Part shown: positions 1-9,086 of the stretch, in pieces
Layout: the number at the start of each line of letters is the position of its first letter
How positions within the stretch are numbered: the stretch's first letter is position 1
Origin: Eubacteriales bacterium
GTDB lineage: Bacteria; Bacillota; Clostridia; Oscillospirales; CAG-272
Reading direction: 5' to 3'
Length of the DNA stretch: 64,000 nt
Assembly (NCBI GenBank): GCA_045651985.1
Contig: JAZRTK010000020.1
Span: forward strand, 717 to 64,716
The notes under the pieces: model-generated
The model's database searches: none
The model's input: the letters and a program-made list of their open reading frames with translations, nothing else
Told to the model about the DNA's origin: nothing
Translations under genes and position numbers: made by a program

Positions 1-1
1 C

Positions 2-1708
2 TATAAGGTACGAGCCGATATATACTCGGTTTGTGCCCTTATAGTTGACCGTGTGGATGGTTTGCTTGACGGGGGTGTATTTTCCGTCGTTGGTAAAGGT
101 TACCGTGTTCTTATAATCGCCCTCGATAATGATCTGGTTTGCATTTGTGATGGCCTTACCGTCGATGTAAACGTTATTAAATTTAATGTCGTAATTTTCG
201 GTAAAGATATCGTTTGCGTTGGTGAACTCCACCATAAGGTTCTTATACTCTTTGAAGCTGCTCTTGTGGGGGTTAGTCACGCCCGTCATTTTAGGCAGGG
301 AAATTCCGTCAAATACCATAGTCTTTTTCATAGTTCCCATGTTACCTGCCTGTAAGAAGCGATTGACGTTGAGGCAGTCCATGCAGTCGATATTTTTGAA
401 GGTTACGTTTACCTTTCTTTCCTTTGCACCGCCGTTGTATCGGTTGTTAATAATACCGTCGTTTGAACGGAATATGTAGATATTTTCAAGGGTAGTGCCT
501 TCGTTATCGTTCTGTGGGAAGATCGCAGCGCACGTGGTGCCAATAGTGATGTCGCGGTAGGTGTGACCGTTCGAGCCGCTCAATACCAAGGCGTTATCGC
601 CGCAGTATATCCAGCAATGCTCAAAGGTCTTGTTCTCGCCGCCTGCGGTGATACCGTCGGTGGTCATCATAGTGGAGAGTGCCTTGTAGTTTCTGACCTT
701 AGTGTTTTTTGAGCCTGCCATAAGGTTAAAGCAGCGCGCGTCCATAAGAATGGGACCATCAAATTCAATGCCCTCGGCGTAGAGCTGACAGAGCATGACA
801 CCGTGGGACTCGGTGCCGCCGTCGCGGATATCCAGCTTGTAGCTGTTCGCAAATGCGTCAAGGATAACTCCGCGGCCTGTGATCTTTGAATATGCTCCGC
901 GCATGTCAACGCGGCCGTTGAGCACGGCGCCGGGAGCGATGTAAAGGTGGCTGTTTTTCTTTTCTACCTTCAAGATTCCGCCTTCAACCTCGTGCCAGCC
1001 TTCGACCCAAATGGTGTTGGGGTCGTTCTTTGCGGGAATGTCGCCGGGGTATTCGGGCAGGTCGGCAAATACGGAAAGGATAGTATTATCGTCGTTGTCA
1101 AGACGGATTCCGAAATAATCGGGCTTGTCAAGGTATACGGAGATGGTGCCGCCGTTAAATTCGGTCTTGAAATTCTTTGCGGAAGGAATGACCGTATAGT
1201 ATTCAAAATCGCGGTTGACCTTAATGTCGACTCTTACCTGCTTACCCGAGAAAGCAAACTGGGAGAATCGGCGGTAAAGGTCGCCGCCAACCGAGCGGTC
1301 GGAGACCTCGTATTCCATGGTGTGGTTGTAAACGGGAATAGATTTTGTTTCAAGACCCTGTGTGACTGTCACCTTGTAGTCGTAGTTTCTGTGTATCTGT
1401 TCGGGCAGCTCGGGGTAAATAACGAGCTGATCCTTTGCAAAAAACTCCTCTCTGGGGGGGATGTTTTCATCGACCTTGCCCGTGTCTGCGGGATCTGTGT
1501 CCTCAGCCTTGTCTGTGCCGGCAGGTGTGCTGTCGGGTGTGCTGTCGGGTGTGCTGTCCGCGGTGCCGTTGACCGGTCCGTCGACCTTTTCGTCGGTATC
1601 GGTGTTGTCGGGACCGTTGTCAGTCTGATTTCCGCAGGCAAAGAGGGAAAGTGCCACAACTGCCGAGAGAATGAGGCAGATCAGAACCTTCAGGGTGTTT
1701 TTTTTCAT
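2..1708 (-). CDS. Secreted lipoprotein, beta-helix glycoside hydrolase-like (GH28/GH49-like fold); 3' end runs off the window; absent from ORF track
   Basis: Manual translation: GGAGG RBS, then MKKNTLKVLICLILSAVVALSLFACG (lipobox) and a D/S/T/P-rich linker. Segments read in this frame (e.g. TTDGI..YCGDNALV..IGTTCAAIFPQ; IHTVNYKGTNRVYIG at the window edge) align with the C-terminal half of 12592..17910. Confidence 0.85.
   Translation of the reverse strand, partial: MKKNTLKVLICLILSAVVALSLFACGNQTDNGPDNTDTDEKVDGPVNGTADSTPDSTPDSTPAGTDKAEDTDPADTGKVDENIPPREEFFAKDQLVIYPELPEQIHRNYDYKVTVTQGLETKSIPVYNHTMEYEVSDRSVGGDLYRRFSQFAFSGKQVRVDIKVNRDFEYYTVIPSAKNFKTEFNGGTISVYLDKPDYFGIRLDNDDNTILSVFADLPEYPGDIPAKNDPNTIWVEGWHEVEGGILKVEKKNSHLYIAPGAVLNGRVDMRGAYSKITGRGVILDAFANSYKLDIRDGGTESHGVMLCQLYAEGIEFDGPILMDARCFNLMAGSKNTKVRNYKALSTMMTTDGITAGGENKTFEHCWIYCGDNALVLSGSNGHTYRDITIGTTCAAIFPQNDNEGTTLENIYIFRSNDGIINNRYNGGAKERKVNVTFKNIDCMDCLNVNRFLQAGNMGTMKKTMVFDGISLPKMTGVTNPHKSSFKEYKNLMVEFTNANDIFTENYDIKFNNVYIDGKAITNANQIIIEGDYKNTVTFTNDGKYTPVKQTIHTVNYKGTNRVYIGSYLI
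1524..1558. repeat. 12-bp tandem repeat x~3 (GGTGTGCTGTCG), encoding DSTP linker repeats
   Basis: Seen directly in sequence. Confidence 0.9.
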
Positions 1709-1869
1709 TTTTGTGTCCTCCGTTTGTACAGTTTTGTTATTCTTTTATGAGCTTAAACTCGCTTACGCTTAAGTAGTCGTACGGCGTTACCGCGTCCTTG
1801 ACGGGAACTCCGAAAAGCTCTTTTTCTTGTATTTGATCTGTATCGGTATTAATGAGATCGATTCAAATA

Positions 1870-1898
1870 ATTTTACCATATATAACAAACGCTGTCAA
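1870..1898 (-). promoter_or_regulatory. SigA-type promoter for the lipoprotein gene
   Basis: TTGACA-N17-TAAAAT on minus strand. Confidence 0.75.
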
Positions 1899-2015
1899 TA
1901 CGGCATATTAGACAAAGATTTGGGCTGAATTTTTATGTATCACACGGAAGATAGGGCGCATAAAATGGTAAAGGAAGAAAAACGAAAGGTGAGCCCTCAT
2001 TGGGCGAGTGTTTTT

Positions 2016-2246
2016 ATGATTCTTGACAGAAAAGCGCTGAACAGACTGCTTTCATTAAACGACAGTCAATTAAAAACGGTAATGGAACGGCTGGCTGCGG
2101 ATTCGGGGCTTGATCTCTCGGCTCTGAACATATCTTCAGGAGATATTGCGTCGGTGCGCTCGGCGCTGTCGGGGGCAAGTGACCGAGATCTTGAACAGCT
2201 TGCCGAGCAATTTTCAAAGAATAAGAAGAGGGAGGGAGAGAGTTGA
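2016..2246 (+). CDS. Small hypothetical protein (start uncertain; 1935 possible)
   Basis: Helical 76-aa ORF whose stop overlaps the next start; first gene of a compact 3-gene operon. Confidence 0.65.
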   Translation: MILDRKALNRLLSLNDSQLKTVMERLAADSGLDLSALNISSGDIASVRSALSGASDRDLEQLAEQFSKNKKREGES

Positions 2247-2650
2247 GCGAGGAGAAAAGGTCGCCTATTGAGGAGGCGATTGCTACCTTGCAGTCAAATC
2301 CCGAGATAATTACAAAGATTGCCGACGCTATCGGAATGGAGCCGCCAAAGGCGACGGAAACGGGCACTGAGCCCTCTAACTCTGCCAACTCTGAGCCCGC
2401 CGCCGCGCCTACGGGAGCAAAGACTCCCGACGGACTTATTGATAAACTGCCGCAGGTGCTGTCTGCCCTTGGGGCGTCGGGACTTGGCGGGAGCGGATTG
2501 GGAAAACTGAATCTGGGCGCACTTATGGGAGACCCCAAAAAGACGGCGCTTTTACGCGCGCTGTGTCCCTATCTCAGTCCCGCTCGGCGTGAGACGGCGG
2601 AAACTATCCTGCGCCTTTGGTCGATCGGCGACGTTCTGAAAGGGATTTAA
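2243..2650 (+). CDS. Hypothetical protein, possibly sporulation-associated
   Basis: GGAGGGAG RBS with TTG start; C-terminal ALLRALCPYLSPARRE motif of a kind seen in small clostridial proteins. Confidence 0.7.
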   Translation: MSEEKRSPIEEAIATLQSNPEIITKIADAIGMEPPKATETGTEPSNSANSEPAAAPTGAKTPDGLIDKLPQVLSALGASGLGGSGLGKLNLGALMGDPKKTALLRALCPYLSPARRETAETILRLWSIGDVLKGI

Positions 2651-2665
2651 GAAGGGGGATAAGGC

Positions 2666-3085
2666 ATGTATAGTCGAAGCTACAACAAAAACGCCCCTTT
2701 TAGCGTGCCCAAGCAGTACAGCGGCGTCGCTTTTTCGCGCCCTCGTTCCACCGAGAGCGCAAAGCCACAGCCACCCGCTTCGCGTCCGCCCGTAGGGTAC
2801 TCGCCAGAGGCGAGTGAACGGCTCTACGCCCCGGGCGACCTGCCGAAAATAAGCATTCCTCTGCCGCCGCCTCGGGAAGACGAAAAATTGGTCGAAGAAG
2901 CCGAGGAAAAGGGCGGTGAGAGGTCACTTAAAGCACCGGAGCCCAAGACACAGTCTTTTTTGACTTCGCTGGGAACTTTGGGTGACGACGCGCTCATGCT
3001 TTTGGCGCTTATCCTGCTCCTTTCGGGGTGCGAGGACGCAGGGGATACCGTGATATTACTTATTTTACTGCTTGTGCTGGGGTAA
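2666..3085 (+). CDS. Hypothetical Pro-rich protein with hydrophobic C-terminus
   Basis: AAGGGGG RBS; ends DDALMLLALILLL...VILLILLLVLG. Confidence 0.7.
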   Translation: MYSRSYNKNAPFSVPKQYSGVAFSRPRSTESAKPQPPASRPPVGYSPEASERLYAPGDLPKISIPLPPPREDEKLVEEAEEKGGERSLKAPEPKTQSFLTSLGTLGDDALMLLALILLLSGCEDAGDTVILLILLLVLG

Positions 3086-3143
3086 GAGATGCGCTTGGGA
3101 TCCCTTTGAAAAAGCGCCCAACCCCCGCAAAATTTTCAAAAAG

Positions 3144-3173
3144 AAAAACGGCGATGGAACATCGCCGTTTTTT
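3144..3173. terminator. Bidirectional intrinsic terminator
   Basis: AAAAACGGCGATG-GAA-CATCGCCGTTTTT between convergent genes. Confidence 0.85.
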
Positions 3174-3218
3174 GCCTTTTGGTTTGGTGGGGCCAGCCCC
3201 CTTTTTAAAGGGGGTCGG

Positions 3219-5219
3219 TCAGAATCCGAAAGGATTGTTTTGGTCATTTGGAATGTCGGCAGCGTCGGATTTTTCATCCGCCTGCTGCTGCTCGCGCTTT
3301 GCGTTCTTTTCCGCTCTTTCGCGGTTTTCTTTTTCGCTCTCGCGCTTCTTGTCCTCGGCGATCTTTAGGATATCCTCTTCCGTTGCGCCCTCTTGCATAG
3401 CCGCCTCAAACTGGTCGCGGTCCATGGATTCGTGCTTGTAAAGGAATTCTGCAACAAAATGAAGCTTGTCAATGTTTTCCTGCAAGTAGGTCTTGCACTT
3501 TTCGTAAGCCTCGTCGATTATTGCTCTTACTTCGTCGTCGATCTGTGCCGCGGTCTTTTCGGAATAGTTTTTGCCCGAGCTGAAATCACGGCCTAAGAAT
3601 ACCTCGCCGCTTGAATGTTCGTTGCCGTAAAGTACCGTGCCCAGACGGCTCATGCCGTAGCGTTCGACCATGGCGCGGGCGATCTTTGTTGCGTGGCTGA
3701 TATCGCTGGAGGCACCGGTTGAGATGTCGTCAAGCACAAGCTCCTCGGCAATACGGCCGCCCAGGGAAACGATGATATTTCCTATCATCTCGCCTCTGGT
3801 CTGTACCATTCTGTCCTCCTCGGGGACACGGACGGTAACGCCTCCCGCCGAGCCTGCGGGGATAATGGTAACAAGCTTTACGGGGTCGGAATCGGGGCAG
3901 CAGTAAGCGGCAATAGCGTGGCCTGCCTCGTGGTAAGCGCAGAGCTTGTTATCCTTTTCGCGTCTCTGCTTATTCTTTTTCTGAGGACCCATGAGGGACT
4001 TCATGTAAGCGTCCTCGATCTCATCCATGCCGATAAGATCTTTTCCGCGGCGTGCCGCCAGAAGCGCGGCTTCGTTCAACAGATTTGCCAGATCCGCACC
4101 CGTAAATCCTACGGTGCTCTGAGCGACCTTCTTGAAATCGACCGTTGCTTCCAAAGGCTTATCCTTTGCGTGTACCTTCAAGATCTCCTCGCGGCCCTTG
4201 ATGTCGGGGTAGTTTACCGTCACCTGACGGTCAAAACGACCGGGACGTAGAAGCGCGGGGTCAAGAATGTCGGGACGGTTGGTAGCGGCAATAACGATGA
4301 TACCCTCGTTTGAGCCGAAGCCGTCCATTTCCACAAGCAACTGGTTCAAGGTCTGCTCACGCTCGTCGTGACCGCCGCCAAGACCCGCTCCGCGGTGGCG
4401 TCCCACGGCGTCGATCTCGTCGATAAAGATAATGCTTGCGGGGGCTTTCTTTGCCGTATCAAACAGGTCGCGGACACGGGATGCGCCGACGCCCACGTAC
4501 ATTTCAACGAAGTCCGAGCCGGAAATCGAGAAGAAGGGAACGTCCGCCTCGCCCGCAACTGCCTTTGCCAAAAGGGTCTTACCCGTACCGGGAGGGCCTA
4601 CGAGAAGGATTCCGTGGGGAATACGCGCGCCCAGCTTTGAGTAGTGCTTGGGGTTCTTGAGGAATTCAACCACCTCTTGAAGCTCTTCCTTTTCCTCGTC
4701 GGCACCTGCCACGTCGGAAAAGAGCACCTTTTTCTTCTCGGAGGAGCCCATCTTCACTCTTGCGCGGCCAAAGCCGCCCATTTTTCCTGCGCCGCCCTTG
4801 CCGCCCACGGCGGAATTCATAATGAATATCCAAAGGACGATAAATATAATGATGATAATAGCGTAAGGCAGCAGGGAGACCCACCAAGGGTAAACTGTGG
4901 CGGGCTCGTATTCGTATCGCAACAGCTTTCCTGCATCAAGCTGTGCGTTTATAGTCTCGCCCAGATCGTTGTAGAACAGATTGAGACTGCTCAGCTGGTA
5001 GAGTGCCTTTGTATCGTCTGCTAAGATCATGTAAAGCTCAAGATCCTCGGAGACTGTAAATTCCTTTACCTGCTCGCTGCGAAAGAGCGTGATGACCTCG
5101 CTGTAATTTTCAAGTATTTTGATCTCACCCTCGGCGTCGCGGAAGATGCCCGAAACAGCCAGGAGCACGGCGCCGATAAGCAGCGCGTAAAAAAGTATGA
5201 CTTTAAATTTGCTTTTCAT
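3219..5219 (-). CDS. ftsH: ATP-dependent zinc metalloprotease FtsH
   Basis: Two TM segments, GPPGTGKT Walker A, IIFIDEID Walker B, SRH, HEAGH zinc motif. Confidence 0.98.
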   Translation of the reverse strand: MKSKFKVILFYALLIGAVLLAVSGIFRDAEGEIKILENYSEVITLFRSEQVKEFTVSEDLELYMILADDTKALYQLSSLNLFYNDLGETINAQLDAGKLLRYEYEPATVYPWWVSLLPYAIIIIIFIVLWIFIMNSAVGGKGGAGKMGGFGRARVKMGSSEKKKVLFSDVAGADEEKEELQEVVEFLKNPKHYSKLGARIPHGILLVGPPGTGKTLLAKAVAGEADVPFFSISGSDFVEMYVGVGASRVRDLFDTAKKAPASIIFIDEIDAVGRHRGAGLGGGHDEREQTLNQLLVEMDGFGSNEGIIVIAATNRPDILDPALLRPGRFDRQVTVNYPDIKGREEILKVHAKDKPLEATVDFKKVAQSTVGFTGADLANLLNEAALLAARRGKDLIGMDEIEDAYMKSLMGPQKKNKQRREKDNKLCAYHEAGHAIAAYCCPDSDPVKLVTIIPAGSAGGVTVRVPEEDRMVQTRGEMIGNIIVSLGGRIAEELVLDDISTGASSDISHATKIARAMVERYGMSRLGTVLYGNEHSSGEVFLGRDFSSGKNYSEKTAAQIDDEVRAIIDEAYEKCKTYLQENIDKLHFVAEFLYKHESMDRDQFEAAMQEGATEEDILKIAEDKKRESEKENRERAEKNAKREQQQADEKSDAADIPNDQNNPFGF

Positions 5220-5240
5220 TTGTTTGGGTTATCCTCCGAG

Positions 5241-5789
5241 TCAGTTTTTGACGTATTCGGGCTTCAGCACGCCCACAAAGGGCAGAGCCCTGTATTTTTC
5301 ATCGTAATCCAGACCGAAGCCCACCACGAACTTGTCGGGAATGACGCGGCCTACGTAGTCCGCCTCGAAGTTCACCTCGCGGCGCGAGGGTTTGTCGAGC
5401 AGTGTACAGGTCTTGACGGAGTATGCGCCCTTGAGCTTCAAATATTCGGTCAGGTGACTCAGAGTCCTTCCGCTGTCGATGATGTCCTCGACTATGACTA
5501 TGTCAATGTCCTCAAGATCGGGACGGTGCAGGTCAAGCAGAATGTTTATCTTGCCCGCGCTGGTCGTGCCCGCGCCGTAGGAGGAGACCTTCATAAAGTC
5601 TATCTCCACGGGTATGGATATCTTCTTCATCAGCTCGCCCATAAAGACCACGGAGCCCTTGAGAATACAGAGGAGCAGCAGCTTTTTGCTTGAATCTGCG
5701 TAGTCACGGCTGATATCGGCGGCAATTTTGTCGCAGATGGAGTCGATCTCTTGCTCGCTTATGAGTATTTCTTCAATAAAATCGTTCAT
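5241..5789 (-). CDS. hpt: Hypoxanthine phosphoribosyltransferase
   Basis: VIVEDIIDSGRT PRPP motif, FVVGFGLDY; tilS-hpt-ftsH synteny. Confidence 0.97.
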   Translation of the reverse strand: MNDFIEEILISEQEIDSICDKIAADISRDYADSSKKLLLLCILKGSVVFMGELMKKISIPVEIDFMKVSSYGAGTTSAGKINILLDLHRPDLEDIDIVIVEDIIDSGRTLSHLTEYLKLKGAYSVKTCTLLDKPSRREVNFEADYVGRVIPDKFVVGFGLDYDEKYRALPFVGVLKPEYVKN

Positions 5790-5804
5790 GATAGTGTCCT
5801 TTTT

Positions 5805-7217
5805 TTATTTGTTTTCATTGTATTCTGTGTATATAGAGAGGGTTGTGCGCTTTTTTTCTCTTTCGGCTTTGACGCCGTCCCTCAGCGCCATATCGGGTAT
5901 CCACAGCACCCCTGCTTCATCGCACACAATGGGATAAGTTTTTCGCGCGTTAAGAGGAAGCTTTTTTTCTGACATGAGCTTCCGAACGTCACGAGAAAAT
6001 CCGCCCTTTTTGATTTTGTCGCCCGATCTGCGGGTGCGGCAGGAAAGCCGCCCTACAATTTTATCAGACGATAAAGTCACTTGTGTAAATAAGGTGTAAA
6101 TATTTTCCTGTGTCGGATGATTTTCCTGCGTAGATACGGCGAAATTTGTGTGAACGTGCAGAATATAACCGCCGGGGAGCGGATTTTCGCCCTCTGTCAG
6201 CGGGGTTTCGGAGATTTTCTCGTCCTTTTTCGTTTTGGGACGTGATTTTTTAAAAACGAGGCGGTCGAAATCTATAACCGCTTCAACTTCTCCCGGCAGT
6301 GAAACGGAGGAATGCGGCTTGCCGGCGAAAATGAGTGCGGAAAGCGCCTCGAAATGCACGTATTCGGGCATGGCGCCGCTGACTTTAGCCATCATTTTTG
6401 CAAGAACACGGCGCAAAAGAGCTCCGTGAAGGTTGCGGAGTCGCCCGATCTTGTTAAAATCGGGGTCGCTCATGTATTTTTCTGCCTCACCGTCAATAAA
6501 ATCGCAGTCGTCGGAAAGGAGGGACGAGAGGCGCGCGGCTGAAGTGTGGACAGACGGATTTATTTCCTTTAATTGAGGAATGACGTTCAGTCTTATTCGG
6601 TTTCTTGAATAAGAGTCGTCGGAATTTGTGCTGTCACAGACATATTTTATGTCAAGTTGACGGCATATATCAAGAATTTCTTCTTTTTTAATAGAAAGAA
6701 TTGGCCGCACAGCGACTTTACCTTCGCCCAGATCCCTTTTTTGCGGAATACCGCGCAATCCCTTTGCACCGCTTCCGCGAGTGAGACGGAAGATAAGCGT
6801 TTCCAGATTGTCGTCGGAGTTGTGGGCTGTGGCGAGGGCATCAATATTCTCTTTTTCCATAATTTCGCGGAAAAATTCGTATCTGACCTCTCTTGCCGTC
6901 TCCTCCAAGCCCTTTTTGCGCTTTTTTGCGAGAGCGGGCACGTCCGCGTCAAGCACGAAGCAATGGACTCCCAGCATTTTTGCGCTTTCATAGCAAAAAT
7001 CGCGGTCTCGCAGCGCTTCGCCGCCCCGAATGGAGTGGTTTACGTGGGCGGCGTAAAGCTTTACGCCGTTTTTTTTGCACCACTCGCAAAGCAGATTCAA
7101 AAGTAAGGAGGAATCCGCGCCGCCCGAATATGCCACAAGCAAGGAGCGGGGCATGCGTCCCAGAATCTTATCGGGGGTTTTAAAGCCTGTGATGCTCGAT
7201 AGATCAGTTCGGTGCAT
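5805..7217 (-). CDS. tilS: tRNA(Ile)-lysidine synthetase
   Basis: SGGADS PP-loop, AHNSDDNLET, RNRIR; ATG at 7217 with GGAGGG RBS inside the dnaB 3' end. Confidence 0.95.
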   Translation of the reverse strand: MHRTDLSSITGFKTPDKILGRMPRSLLVAYSGGADSSLLLNLLCEWCKKNGVKLYAAHVNHSIRGGEALRDRDFCYESAKMLGVHCFVLDADVPALAKKRKKGLEETAREVRYEFFREIMEKENIDALATAHNSDDNLETLIFRLTRGSGAKGLRGIPQKRDLGEGKVAVRPILSIKKEEILDICRQLDIKYVCDSTNSDDSYSRNRIRLNVIPQLKEINPSVHTSAARLSSLLSDDCDFIDGEAEKYMSDPDFNKIGRLRNLHGALLRRVLAKMMAKVSGAMPEYVHFEALSALIFAGKPHSSVSLPGEVEAVIDFDRLVFKKSRPKTKKDEKISETPLTEGENPLPGGYILHVHTNFAVSTQENHPTQENIYTLFTQVTLSSDKIVGRLSCRTRRSGDKIKKGGFSRDVRKLMSEKKLPLNARKTYPIVCDEAGVLWIPDMALRDGVKAEREKKRTTLSIYTEYNENK

Positions 7218-8550
7218 TTTCGCCCTCCGCAAGGTTGCGGAACTTGGTAAACTTGCCGATCCAGCCCATCTTTACGTTCTGAGTTGAGCCGTGGCGGTTC
7301 TTTGCTATAATGACCTCGGCTACGTTGGGACCTTCGTCGCCCTTTTCGTCGTCCCGCTTGTAGTACTCGTCGCGGTAGAGGAAAAGAACGATATCCGCGT
7401 CCTGCTCGATAGCACCGGATTCACGCAGGTCGCTCAGCATAGGACGCTTGTCAGTACGTCCCTCCGCGCCACGCGAAAGCTGAGCGCAGCAGATAACGGG
7501 AACGTTAAATTCCTTTGCCATGAGCTTCAGGCTTCGGGAAATTGCCGAGACCTCTTGCACGCGGTTGTCCTGATGGGATTCGCCCGTCATCAGGCTCAGA
7601 TAGTCGATGACTACCATTCCCAGATTTTTCTGGCGGCGGAGCTTAGCCTTCATTTCGGAGGCAGTGATGCCGGGGGTGTCGTCAATGAGAATGTCGCACT
7701 TTGACAGCCAGCCCGAAACGTGAGCGAGCGTCGACCAGTCCTCGGGAGACAGCTCGCCTGTTCTCAATTTGTAGGAGTCGATCATGGCTTCGCTGGAGAC
7801 GATACGGGTGACCAGCTGCTCGGCGGACATTTCAAGGGAAAAGATGCAGACTTCCTTTTTTGTGTTGCGCGCAACGTTGGTCGCCACGTTCAAAGCAAAC
7901 GAGGTCTTACCCATACCCGGACGCGCGCCCAAAATAACAAGGTCGCTTTTTCCCAGACCTGCAAGAACTCGGTCAAGACCCGAAAATCCCGTGGGGATTC
8001 CCTGTGTTGCTTCCTTGTCGGTGACGAGGAGGTTCAGATGGTCGTATACCTGCATAAGCACGTCGCGAACGTGGACGAAATTCTTTGAATCGCGTCCCTG
8101 AGAGATGTCAAATATTTGATTTTCCGCGTTTTCGATAATGTGGGCAACGCTGTCCTGCTCGCCGTAAGCCGTGTCGGAGATGTCTCCGCAGACCTCAATA
8201 AGGCGGCGCAGGGTGCTCTTGTCCTTCACTATTTTTGCGTAATCGCGCACGTTCATGGCACCGGGGACAACGTCGCCCAGGTGTCTTACGTAATCCTCGC
8301 CGCCCGATTTTTCGTACACGCCCAGACGCACCAGTGTGTCAACGAGGGTGACGGCGTCTATTTCGTTGTTTTCCGAGTAGAGCTTTTGCATTGCAAGAAA
8401 GATCTGCTCGTGCTCGCGAATATAAAAATCCGTGCTCTTTACCATTCCCGCGATAGTGTTGAAGCACTCGGGGTCGATAAGGATACAGCCAAGGAGCGAC
8501 TGTTCCGCCATCATGGAGAAGGGAAGCTTTCTGACTAAATCTTCACTCAT
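7204..8550 (-). CDS. dnaB: Replicative DNA helicase
   Basis: GARPGMGKT, FSLEM, VIDYL, QLSR, SDLRESGAIEQDAD, IAKNRHG. Confidence 0.98.
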   Translation of the reverse strand: MSEDLVRKLPFSMMAEQSLLGCILIDPECFNTIAGMVKSTDFYIREHEQIFLAMQKLYSENNEIDAVTLVDTLVRLGVYEKSGGEDYVRHLGDVVPGAMNVRDYAKIVKDKSTLRRLIEVCGDISDTAYGEQDSVAHIIENAENQIFDISQGRDSKNFVHVRDVLMQVYDHLNLLVTDKEATQGIPTGFSGLDRVLAGLGKSDLVILGARPGMGKTSFALNVATNVARNTKKEVCIFSLEMSAEQLVTRIVSSEAMIDSYKLRTGELSPEDWSTLAHVSGWLSKCDILIDDTPGITASEMKAKLRRQKNLGMVVIDYLSLMTGESHQDNRVQEVSAISRSLKLMAKEFNVPVICCAQLSRGAEGRTDKRPMLSDLRESGAIEQDADIVLFLYRDEYYKRDDEKGDEGPNVAEVIIAKNRHGSTQNVKMGWIGKFTKFRNLAEGENAPN

Positions 8551-8584
8551 TTTAAATAAACCTCAGGTTTTATTTTTGGGTCAA

Positions 8585-9031
8585 TTACTTTTCTGATACG
8601 AGAATATTGATCTTGCCCGTGATCTCGGTATAGAGCTTGACCTCGACGGTAAATGAGCCGAAGGTCTTTATGGGATCCGGGAGGTTGATCTTTCTCTTGT
8701 CAACGACAACACCGTGCTCTTTTTCAAGCTTTTCGGCAATGTCCTTTGAGGTGATGGAGCCGTAGAGACGTCCGTCTGCGCCCGCGGAAGCGGGGAATTT
8801 TACAAGGATACCCTCAAGCTTTGCGGCAATATTTCTTGCCGCCGCCTTTTCCGTCTCTATTTTGTAAGCCTGAGAGGCTTCGCGGTTTTTAAGCTCGTTT
8901 ATAGCCTTGGCATCTGCGGGAATGGCAAGCTTGCGCGCGATAAGAAAATTTCTGCCGTAGCCGTCGGAGACCTCAATAAGGTCGCCCTTTTTTCCCTGTG
9001 CCTTTACGTCCTGTGTAAGTATAACTTTCAT
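8585..9031 (-). CDS. rplI: 50S ribosomal protein L9
   Basis: MKVILTQDVKAQGKKG, GYGRNFLI, GRLYGSIT. Confidence 0.98.
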   Translation of the reverse strand: MKVILTQDVKAQGKKGDLIEVSDGYGRNFLIARKLAIPADAKAINELKNREASQAYKIETEKAAARNIAAKLEGILVKFPASAGADGRLYGSITSKDIAEKLEKEHGVVVDKRKINLPDPIKTFGSFTVEVKLYTEITGKINILVSEK

Positions 9032-9086
9032 TTTGATCTCCAATCCGCCGCCGCGTGGGGGCTATGTAGTGTGTGCCGAAGCACAC

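Noticed and set aside
1698-1705. A8 tract just after the lipoprotein ATG as a phase-variation switch
   Set aside because: Short A runs encoding Lys-Lys-Asn are routine in signal peptides.
947-1750. 267-aa plus-strand ORF
   Set aside because: The real gene is on the minus strand, with RBS, lipobox and promoter.
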